From positions 183,962-247,961 of the forward strand of contig PDIP01000122.1 of NCBI GenBank assembly GCA_002811645.1: a stretch of DNA of 64,000 nucleotides, in the 5' to 3' direction. Made by a program: the position numbers and the translations under genes. The DNA is from Corallochytrium limacisporum Hawaii (taxonomy: Eukaryota > Protista > Pluriformea). This document shows positions 1 to 10,700 of the stretch, one piece after another; the first letter of the stretch is position 1; each line of letters opens with the position of its first letter. Under the pieces are notes generated by a model. That model did no database searches and was not told the origin of the DNA. It saw only the letters and a program-made list of their open reading frames with translations.

Positions 1-854
1 GATCCTCGGGAGTCAAGTTTTTCGGAGTTTTGACCCTGACATACCAGACAGAGGGTGGTAGATCGGAAACCCCCCCCCCGCCCGATCATCTCGTCCCCTC
101 TCTCTGCACGGGTCCTTTTTGTTCTCCCTTCCTTTCTTTCCTTTTTTTTCCTTTCCTTTCCTTTATTTTTTTCTTTGTTTTCGGAAAAGAAAACTCCCGC
201 GGGCTTTGCGGGCGGAAAAACCGGGCGGTGGAGGAGAGGGGGTTGGCTTTGGGGTGGGCAGCAGGAGCAAAAGGGAGGGGGGGAGGGGGTCTCGGGGTCC
301 GGGAGTACGGGAGAGACAAATTGGAAACTTCCCTCCCTTGTTGCGTGGCACACGGGGCCTGTTCAGGTGGGAACTTTGTACCAGGAACTCAAATGGCTCG
401 CAATATTTCTATTGCCATCAAGGGTCAGACATTTGGACGGGAAAGCGGCAAACAGAGAACCGGCGCCATACTTTTGTCCTAACAAATAAGTTCTATGCTC
501 ATGTTCAAGATAGGGTGCTTCAGACGGCGTAGGTGCCCAGATCCATTCCTACGGGGTTGTGTCTCAGATATTGTCTGCAATCCTGTTCGGGATCATGTGA
601 TTTATCGACAGGGGTACCACTAGCAAGCAAGTGATAGCGACAATATACACAATCAAACCGACATCTCAGGGAGCAATTCAAAAGTGTCGGGAAACCAAAA
701 CACATTCACGTTTCGAGTCCTTAAAACGAGTGAAAGAAAACAAAACAAAAACCTTCTCCTTGTTTTCCTTTGCCGTCTATACAAGCAATTTGGGGAAAAG
801 TTTAATATTGTTGTTTAGGGCCTAAAGAAACCGAAAACAAATCTACAAGCAATC

Positions 855-1493
855 ATGAATATTTTCCGCTTCGTCGGTGATATGAGCCATTTGGCTGCCA
901 TTGCCATTTTGCTGGTCAAGATTTGGACCGCAAAGAGCTGTGCGGGCATTTCATTACGGAGTCAATTCCTCTTTGCACTGGCTTACACAGCACGGTACCT
1001 CGATCTGTTCTTCAGCTTCATCAGCCTCTACCTGACGACCATGAAGATCCTGTACCTGACCGCGAGCTACGGTATCTGCTACCTTATGTTCTTCCGTTTC
1101 AAGAACAGCTGGGACCGTAGCAATGACTACCTACCGCTGTACTATCTCATTCCCCCGTGCGCGCTTCTCGGTTTGCTGACACCTGTCGAATTCGATGTGC
1201 TTGAAATCTTGTGGACGTTCAGTATCTACATGGAAGCGGTGGCAATCGTGCCACAGCTGTTTATGATTAGCAAGACGGGCGAGGCAGAGAATATCACCAG
1301 TCACTACCTCTTTGCCCTGGGAGCGTACCGCGGGCTGTACATTCTCAACTGGATCTACCGTTTTAGTGTAGGAGATCACGTCGATCCGCGGGCCGTGGTG
1401 GCGGGTATTGTGCAAACGGCTTTGTACGCCGATTTCTTCTATCTGTACTTCACCAAGGTGCTGAAAGGACAGAAGCTTGAGTTGCCCGCATGA
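855..1493 (+). CDS. ERD2: ER lumen protein-retaining (KDEL/HDEL) receptor
   Basis: 212 aa multi-TM protein. Starts MNIFRFVGDMSHL, contains KSCAGIS..SQ, RYLDLF, WTFSIYMEAVAIVPQL, GEAENITSHYLFALGAYRGLYILNWIYR, VQTALYADFFYLY, and ends KGQKLELPA, all hallmark KDELR motifs. A at -3 of the ATG. Confidence 0.97.
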   Translation: MNIFRFVGDMSHLAAIAILLVKIWTAKSCAGISLRSQFLFALAYTARYLDLFFSFISLYLTTMKILYLTASYGICYLMFFRFKNSWDRSNDYLPLYYLIPPCALLGLLTPVEFDVLEILWTFSIYMEAVAIVPQLFMISKTGEAENITSHYLFALGAYRGLYILNWIYRFSVGDHVDPRAVVAGIVQTALYADFFYLYFTKVLKGQKLELPA

Positions 1494-1791
1494 GCGAAAT
1501 AATGCAAAGAAAGCAGAGAAAATATGTATCACCACGTCACGCGCACATCCAACATGCCATCAACAAGCACTAGCTATCGCGACCAGGGAAGTTTGTCGTT
1601 TGAATGGGTTTTCGATCTAGAGCTCTTGTGAGAAACCATCGGTCAGAACAATTTGTACCGGAAAGCGAAAGCCGGTTGTAATACATCACTATGTTTACGA
1701 TCTATTTCACAGGAAAACCATTTTTCCAGTATGTGTATTTGTACAAGTCTATTCTTCACTTCGAACACGAGTGTGGCGCCAGAGCTGTCCC

Positions 1792-4700
1792 CTAGTGAGC
1801 GGCACTGCTCCTGTGTTGCGTCACCGTTTGGTGCCGGGCAGCGTTATTTCCAGTGCCCTTTGGCACCGCGGCGACCACCAATCGCCCGTCCGCGAGACCG
1901 ATGAAGAGATGATTTTCGGCCTGGGCCAGGCGCAGGCACCGGATCGGTGCCTGCATTGGAATGCGGTAGATGGCGTTCAGATGAAAGCCATCGAAAATAT
2001 AAATGGAGCAATTGCGGCTAGCGGCAATAACAAATTCGTTGGCATGGCTCAGATTCATGTCCTCGAGTGGGTCAAGTAGGAATTGGCGCGCAATCATCTG
2101 TCCGTTCAAAGAGTAATGCGCAAGGGCACTGTGCGACTCCATGACGTTATCGGCCTCACAAAAGGTGTAGATCGAGCCAAAGACACCGCAAATCAGGCAC
2201 GTAATACTTGAAGGCACAACGGAGGCGGAAGTGGAGCCGTGGAAATCTTCTTCGTGCACGGTGGAAGACCGCACTGAACCGCCATGTAGCTGGCCAGATA
2301 TGCTGCCTCTGACCGGACTGTGGCGGTGCGAAGATCGTGCTGACATTGTCGAGGTAGTCGCACGTAACGACAGCTGCTCGGCACCGCCGCGCGGAGACGC
2401 CGAATCGCCGAGCGCTACATTCAGCGTTCGCAAGTATTGGCCGTTGGAGATGGAATGAACCAGCAGAACCCCGTAATGACTGCCACTCACCACCACGTTC
2501 TCGTCACCGTTCAAAGCAACAGCTGTGACACCGTGGTCGTGGCCGTAAAGCACTTGCAGCGGGGTTGGCTTGATCACCGGGCCCGAGCCGGCCTTCATGT
2601 GTTGTGCTGAAGTCTTGAGCTCCCAGAGCATGACAGTGGTGTCGTGTGATCCTGTAGCCACCACGGGGCCGCCATAGGGGTCGAGTGCAATACATGTGAC
2701 CACATCGGTGTGGCCGGGAACTCTCTGCTGCAACCACTGTGGCATACCCCCGCCAGAGATCGGGAAGAGTTTGAACGTGTGGTCCCAGTAGCCGCAACAG
2801 AGCACAAACCGGCCGGCGCGATCCCAGGCCACGGACCCCGGGTGGAGCTTGAAATCTCTCGCAAAGCGACTATCGATGGCGAGGCCTTTACTGACGGCCT
2901 CGGAAGCAGCAGCTGCCGCGGCCTGGGCCTGCTTGATGTGTTCTTTCGTTTGTGATGCTGCAGAGTCCCTGCCAGCGTGATGCATGACCTTGTCCGCTGC
3001 AGCCCCACCAGGACCCGTCCCTCCACCATCACCTGGGCTCGTGTCCCGACTGACCGCACTGCGTCGGCGCGAGAGTGCGTACGGGTTCGATGCGCTACTG
3101 ATACCGGCTGCAAACGGTTCTAGGGTGACAGTGAAGGGCACCTGCGTGTTTCTTCCGCTCTGGGGCACAAATGTACAAAGGGCCATGAATCCGTGACTAC
3201 TCAGTGCGACCAGGCGGTCCGCAGGAGTGTGGGAGCCTTTAGCTTTGTCTGCGGTGCCCCCTGTGACAGCGGAGGTCGCAAGCAGAGCATCCGGAGCGTA
3301 CGCAGACAACGGTACAGCGGGACTGAAACCGAGGCCGATAATACTCTCCCCACTGCCAGCCAGACCGACGTCAAGGGAAAAAGCTTTGAGCAGCCAAGGT
3401 GAGCTCAATACCGCACGGCCATAGAGGGGGCCGAGCTGCATCGCGGAAACGACAGCCTTGGAATCGGTCGGTGTCGACGAGGCAGTCACAGCAGTGGCAG
3501 GAGACACCCTGGCCACGGTCTCGGGGTTCGCGGACATTCTGGGGTTGATTCGAGTGGATGGCTTGGGGAACGGACTACGCGCCGGGTGAGAACCGGTGAA
3601 GAGTTGTGCAGGCGTCTGTCCAAAGTTTCCAATCTGGGTCTCCAGCGCCTGTCTTTCGCGGGGGTCTGTGACCTTGTCAAGATCGATGGCGTTCTCGTAG
3701 GTAAGATAGTAGAAAACATTATGGGCATCCGCCGCTGCCTTGCCTCGCTGTTTGCAGCCAAAAATGAGATCGATCCAGTGGTGCAGATGAAGGGAGACAT
3801 ACTCTGATTCCAGTGCTTTCCGGTTGATACGTATGAATTCCTCGGGCGTCTTCGCCCAGGGCGGCAACTCAACATCATTCACGACCTTTCCACGCTGCGT
3901 CACACCGAGATCTAGGTCGTTCAAGTTACGCAAGAAATCAGGCAAGGAGTAAAATTCGGGGATAAGCTCTTTGACATCGCTGCTTGACGTGGTGACATTG
4001 TACCAGGTTGCCGGGATGGACACAAACTGCCGATTGGCGTAGTCAAAACGTCCTCCCTGCAAATTGATGTGGAGGGTCGTGAAAGGTTCCAGGCGGATCA
4101 GGAAATGTAGTACGCCGGCGGAAGTGGAGTAGTGGCTACCGTAGTGAAACTTGGGTACCACACCAGACGGGTCCTCGAACGAGTGGTAACGCTCCTTGAA
4201 GATCTCCAAGCGGTCCGGGTTGAGTGCACCGATCGGCTTCGAGAGATCACGGTAAGTATGAGGGTCGGTTAAATCCAATTTCTGACTAGAGTAGTCAGCA
4301 ATGACCCATGGAAACACAGGATACTGATTCAAATCATTGAATGTCCGTCCCGCAATGGTGTTGAGCTCCATCAGATATTGATAGTTGCTTATCTTGCCTG
4401 CGACCCACTGCTCGGTAAGCTTGGACCGCTTCATCGTCTCCTGTGGCGAGAGAAAGTCGGAGTGCCTCAAGTTTGGCGGCGCTAGTGTACGGAAGATTCT
4501 GCATACGGAAGGACGCTCTTTGCTTGTAAAATTCAGGAAACATGATGTACCATCAACGAAGAACAGCTCAAGGGCCGATGGCCTGGTCAGATACCGCCTC
4601 AGTTGCACATCCCTAAGGCTGGCAATTTTGAACTTGAAGTCGCGCGGTGCTGTGTCACGACTGATGTACTCTTCCTTAGAGTTCTGAGGCTGAATGTCAC

Positions 4701-7700
4701 GATCGGCCATGAATGTGAGGTTCCGAGCCGTCACTTCAATGCGTCCGCGAACAATGTGCAAAAGAGTAATCATATCGCACTGCGTCCAGTACAGAATTTC
4801 GTCGGCTCCTCGCAGCATTTCATCGGATGCCAGGGACATGCCTGACATTTCAAGCGAGGCGTCGTCATGATCATCTCCTAGGCGACTAACATTGGTCAAG
4901 CCCCAGATACTGCTGCTGCGCGTGAGGCGACGGGTCCTTCCCACTTTTGCAGGGGATGCATTGCTGTCAGCTGTGGATTGCGCAACCGAAGCAACTTCTG
5001 AGAGTTCGGAGGCTGACCCTTCATCGCCGGTCATCCTACTTACTCCATCTTCAACTACTTCCCTGTTGACACTGTCAGGGTTGTGTTGTGCCAGTTTCGT
5101 CGCTTCTCGGACGGCTGCGTCGTTGGTGCGTTCAGAATAGTCAGACCCAGCGGGGCTCTCCGCTACTGACTGCTTCATTTGGAACGGGGATGGTGATCGA
5201 TGAGCGGCTCCCTCGTCACGGAGCCGACTTGCCTCCTCATGAGACGTCGCTGCTTCCGATTCAATAAGCTTCAAGCGCATTCTTAATGGGTTCTCGAAGC
5301 GATCAAGTCTCCACTTTCGCTCAAAGTCACCTCCGTAGTTTAAAATACCGCGGGGTCCCTGCCAGAAAGCCATCATATCGCGCCATTGGCGAGCAATGAT
5401 GAAACGTGTGCGCAGATCGCCTTGCACAACTTTTCGAAAACGACTGCTCTCGCGGTATCGCCTTGCGGCCACAGCCTTTGTAGTTAAGTTTTTCATTTCA
5501 TCTATGGACTTCCGAAGCTCGTTGTCACTGGTGGCTACAAGAATGCCTGCCGACTGCAGCATTTTCTTTTGATCCATTTTGATTCCCTGTGAAATGCCAG
5601 TCTGGACAGCACCGTGTACCGCAATTACAGCAGGTCGGACCCGTTGATCAACAAGCTGCCTCCATGCGGTGCTCTCTACGAGTTCAATGGTTCGAGATGT
5701 CGATGTGTTGGCAGCAGGAGTGTATCCCGTGGACAACGGAGATCCCGACGCTACATATAGTACGTTTGTGACATTCTGGGTGACCAGAATGGCTTCATTG
5801 AGCAGACCAGTGAGAATATCAAGATGACTGTTGTAAGCGGGCCAACGTAAACATGTGGTGATCATGCTGTCGAGCATACCCACAGACGCCAGACTAAGTT
5901 CCTTCCACCCGCTGTGGACAAGTCCTGCATTCAAGAAGCCACGCATCTGTTGAGCGTTCTTGGCACAGATATCGAGATTGGGATGCAGCAAGCTTGCCAT
6001 TCCGTAGTAGAACGACAAGGCAGAGACAAGCTGTCCTCTTTGCACACCAAATTGGGCCTCAAATTTCTTTGGCGCAGGGAAAAGTATGGTACCAAAGTGC
6101 TCCATCAAGTTGAAGAACACGATTCCCATGGAAGCCATTTCCACATCACCATCATCCATGTCAATGTCTCCTTCCATCAAAGCAGTGCTTACATTGGTAC
6201 TGCCTTCACCGTCCGACGCATTAGAGTTGTTCACCCCTTCTTCCGCATGCAGTGGACTCTTTGATGTCACCGACTCAATGAAGTTGGCCCAGGGACCATA
6301 GTTGTCCTTCAACATAATATCAAGGGTCAAGAGGGCCACCTTCATTGCATCTTGAGGTAGCCCCGATAGAGGACCCTTCCCCGATTTCAGTTCCTCTCGC
6401 ACACTGGGGTTAACAAAGTCATTGATGAATCGCATACCGAGCCCGCTCAGTAACTGTTTGCGGAAAGCTGCTGCCCACTGCGCCCATCGTGGCTTGACTT
6501 CTAGATCCAGCATGACTGTGGTAAATACCAGTCTTGACCAGCCAGAATTGACCAGAGGATCTTTTGCAGGGACAGGGTTCAAGAAAGAGTGGTAAATTAC
6601 TTCCACAGCAATTCCAGAGGCCATGATATCCACTGCAAGTTTTGCTTTGTCACGGGCAGCGTCATCGTCGTACACCTGTTTTTGATATATGAGATCCAGG
6701 TGATGGCAATAGACTTGAGTGAGAAGTCTCGGCCAAAGTTTGTTCTCGTCAACCTGTGTCAAGGTGTGCTTGGCTGTAGATGTCAAGATGCCCAAGTACG
6801 TACTCATTTCCCTTAGGACAACATTCTCTCTTTGCTCTTGTAGGAGCAGGCGGTGAATCGCCCACATAAATCCTGGGTAGGTTAAGGACGCTGTCGGAAG
6901 TACTTCACTGTTTTCCCATTGCACTTTGAGATCGTCTGCAACTTCTCGATCCCCAAGGTTCCGTCGCAGAGCCAGCGACCAGAGGAGATCGAAAATCCTC
7001 ATAGATGCTCGCTTATCATCCATGATGTCAGAAATTGCCATGAGCATCAGTTCGTTGGAAAGAATAGCCTTGCCTTGTTGTGACTTCGACAGTCGGGGAT
7101 CGCTGTTTATGGTCAGAAGCATGTCAAGAGCACGCTCTTTCAAGAAAAGATCATTATTTGAGTACCTTAACAGTCCATACAGTACTTGAGCGCCTCCCGC
7201 GTCGACAAGTGGTCCCAAAATATCGCTCTGAGAGTGATGCAATGACAGCTCCATAAGATGATCGAGCATTTTAACACGGAGCCGAACGTCAGGACAATCC
7301 GTGATGAACGACAGAATCGCCTCCACTTCCACCGACTTGACTCCCTCCCGCATAAAGAATGTTAGCAGAGCAAGCAAAGACTGGCGTCCCTGCACGATGG
7401 CCTCCTGGCTTTCTTGTAAATAAACGGCTTCACGCTTGTGCAAACCGAACTCGGTACCATCAGCCTCGAAGTAGTAGTACCTCCTGAGGGTATCGAGAAT
7501 GTACTGTACACCGTACTGTGCCCTGTAGTCGGACAAGTGATCTTTGATTATGGTCGTGACGTACTGAAGGTGGCTTGATTGTACCTCTGCAGAACAATCT
7601 ACCCATAGACCAAAATCGAAAACAAATTCTGGGTAAAAGTAATCTCTGAGAGTCTTTGCACTCAGAAGACCCTCAATCTCTCGAATCCTGTGAATGACCT

Positions 7701-10700
7701 CAGATGTAAGATACATACTAGAAAGGGACCTCAACTGTTCCGCAAGGGTTGCAAGGCCGCCAGAACTGACAAACAGATCACGGTTGTTCTTGTACTTCAA
7801 CAGTGCGGTGATTGTGTCCAAGAACTGAATCAGAGGCGCCTTCTCATGGGCCGACCATGACAGTCTTTCTGTCTCAGGGGTTTCAATTTCCGTCCCCGGT
7901 GTTGTTTCCTCATTATTGTACAGCACAGGAACTAATGCGTTCAAGAGCTGCATGCCACCGATGCCATGAAGCAATTGCGCCAATGACTTACAATGGAACA
8001 CGTGCACTAACAGTGGAACTCCATCGCACATGCGATAGGTTTTCGAGGCCAAGTTGAATAGTACACCATGGCCAGACGCCGCAGCATTGAGATGCAAACA
8101 TTTGATGTCATCCCATACGGTCAAGTTTTCCTTGTTGATGAGGAATCCATCCGCTCTCGTGATCCATGGATCCACTGGAGTGCCACTCTTTGCTTCTCGT
8201 GCACCGCGCAAGTTGGTATCTGTAACAACCAGATGAGCAAGTTGGCCTCTGAAGCCGTCTGCATCTTCGACTGTGGGAAAATGCTCGTTCCACATGCCGA
8301 AGTCCAAAGATGTTGGGTTCTTGTTGCCCACCACGTACGGCACATGACACTGGCCAGCGTCACTGCCGTTTATGATGACATTGAAGAGACTGGATCTTGA
8401 GGACAAGATCCATGAGGAACAGTGATTTATGACAACACAATTCCATTGATTCGGAGGTAGCGCGATTTCAGACCTGAACTGCTTCACAGCATTGTTGCTG
8501 ACCTTGTACTCCACGATCAGGTGCTCATGATCTAGGTACAGTCGGACATCACCATTGTTTTGCGAAGCTATCCTCAGAAATTGCTGTCGGTGGTAGCGTG
8601 GAACCGACGGTTTCGACAACCCCGTCAACTGGTCCTGACGGACCCATAGCAGAACACCATAGCCGGTACTACCTGGAAAGCCTGGAATACTGTGCGTATG
8701 CAATTTCTCCGAGCCATTGAAGCTCAAGTACGCCCGTGGATTGAATGCCTCGCCCATGTCGTGGAGAAGACGCAAGACCTTCGGAGTCATAATGCGACCT
8801 CGAGCACGCGGAGACCCAGTGGCCGCACGATCGTCAACAATCATACGGAACAAAATCTTCAGTTCAGACTTTCTGACCGATTGAACCCCAAGGCGAGACG
8901 CAGTATTCCATAGCTGATCAAACTGCGTGTCTGAAATTTTGTCGGAGAGCACAGAGTCTGTGAGGAGAAGCAGAATGTGCTTCAGGGCCCCAGTGTGGCA
9001 CAACATCGACCGATTGTCCATGCCATAGTCCACAAGCTTCACTAGTGAATCGATAAAAAAATCCCTGGCATCATCTGACATGGTAGTGAATACAGTGAAC
9101 AGAAGCTCCATCATCCCATAGGAGCTTGACGACAACTGCCAAGTCATTGCGTCTACATCGGCTATGACTGCACTAACAAGACAAAACGATACCAGACACT
9201 TCGTCACTGTCAATCTAAAGTGACCCCCAACATAGATGCGCATGCTTTGTTCCAGTAGATCTGCTCCCCCCACGAGCCTATAGTTCTCCCGCAACTCTTC
9301 TGATACTTCTAAACACACTTTCACACAGTTCAATAGCGCATTGAGAATCGAGCCATCGTCCACAACTTGTTCAGGAACACAATCGGTCATTTGGCTGTGC
9401 TTGATCAGGTTGAGCACATTGAGCACCTTAACCCAACCAGCAGCGTCCACAAAGGCATTGACTAATGTGTGATCAGGGCTAGCATTAATCACAAAGGCCA
9501 AGGCGTTTAGCACAGATGCGACCCTGCTTGCAGGTACACTGAAACTACCGCTCTGACTGTCCGATGTCAACAGATCAAGGAAAGAAAACACATGATCACG
9601 GCTTACGTCCTCTTCGCATAAGTGCAGGGTGAGCAATATCTGTTCCATTTTCAGCAAAGCCCACTCATAAGTGTTCTCTGATGACTTGGAGTCGCGTAGA
9701 ATCAGAAGCAACAGGTCTGTAAACTGACCAGTGAGGAGCAATGTCGGTACGACGCCGGCTTGGGACCTGTCGGGATGAGTGCCTATGCACCGATCAAAGT
9801 ACTTCATGATCGCATGCAACTGATCCCCAATTTGATCGTGTGTATCAGGATTGTGGGCTGACAATTTCAAAAGCCATTGCAGTGTTGTGAGCATAGTAGA
9901 CAGCAAGACCGGGTTCGCAATGGCGACATTCTCATGCAGTGGAAAATCAGCCATGGCCTGCACGGCAACCAGGGTGTCTGAAATGATGGGCATAATCATT
10001 GACAACAGAAGTGCCTCTCCAGATGCTTGAGAGTCTTTGTTCATTTGTGTTCGGATACATGTTGACAAGACCTCGGATGCAATCTGTATGTCATCATTCA
10101 CATCGAGTCCGAGCACTGCAATGTAGGCAAATGCATTTCGTCTGAGACACCGAAATAGGTTTTCTCGTACTGAGTCGTCAACCCCAATATCTACAAACAC
10201 ATGAGTATAGAGTTCTGGAGTGGAGGGCCCTATGAACAAGCTTGAAGATAAAACTCTAAGAAGACGTTCCGCTACGGTATGCTTGAGCTCAGCAGACAGG
10301 CGATTCATCAGAGGCACCACAGCCGCTAGGATCGCCATCGTCAGGTCAGGCAATGCGTGCCTGGAGTAGTATCCGAAGTCCTCGGCATCCTGCACTGCTA
10401 ACCCAACATCATCACCATCTACCTGAAAGATGCCCATCACTGTCCCAAAGATTGCCAAACTGTTCACGCCGTGTTGAACCATCTGATCACTCTTTCCCTT
10501 ACCAATCTTCAATTTGCCGTCAAGTGGTGAGTTTGATGGATATAACACTACACCTCGGCATGCAGCCGCGGACACAAACACTGATAGAAATGTGTTCAAC
10601 GCAATGCTGAGCGTCCTGGGACACTTTAGACTGTGACTTGCCCCCCACCCTGGTGAAGTCATGCGATCTTCCGGGTCGTCAACATCAAGAAAGAGAAGGT

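Noticed and set aside
30-532. Overlapping low-complexity ORFs in homopolymer-rich intergenic DNA (also 15037-15644, 17353-18142, 32101-32715, 61055-61825)
   Set aside because: C/G/T-run composition lacks stops in all frames; the products are low-complexity and unrecognisable.
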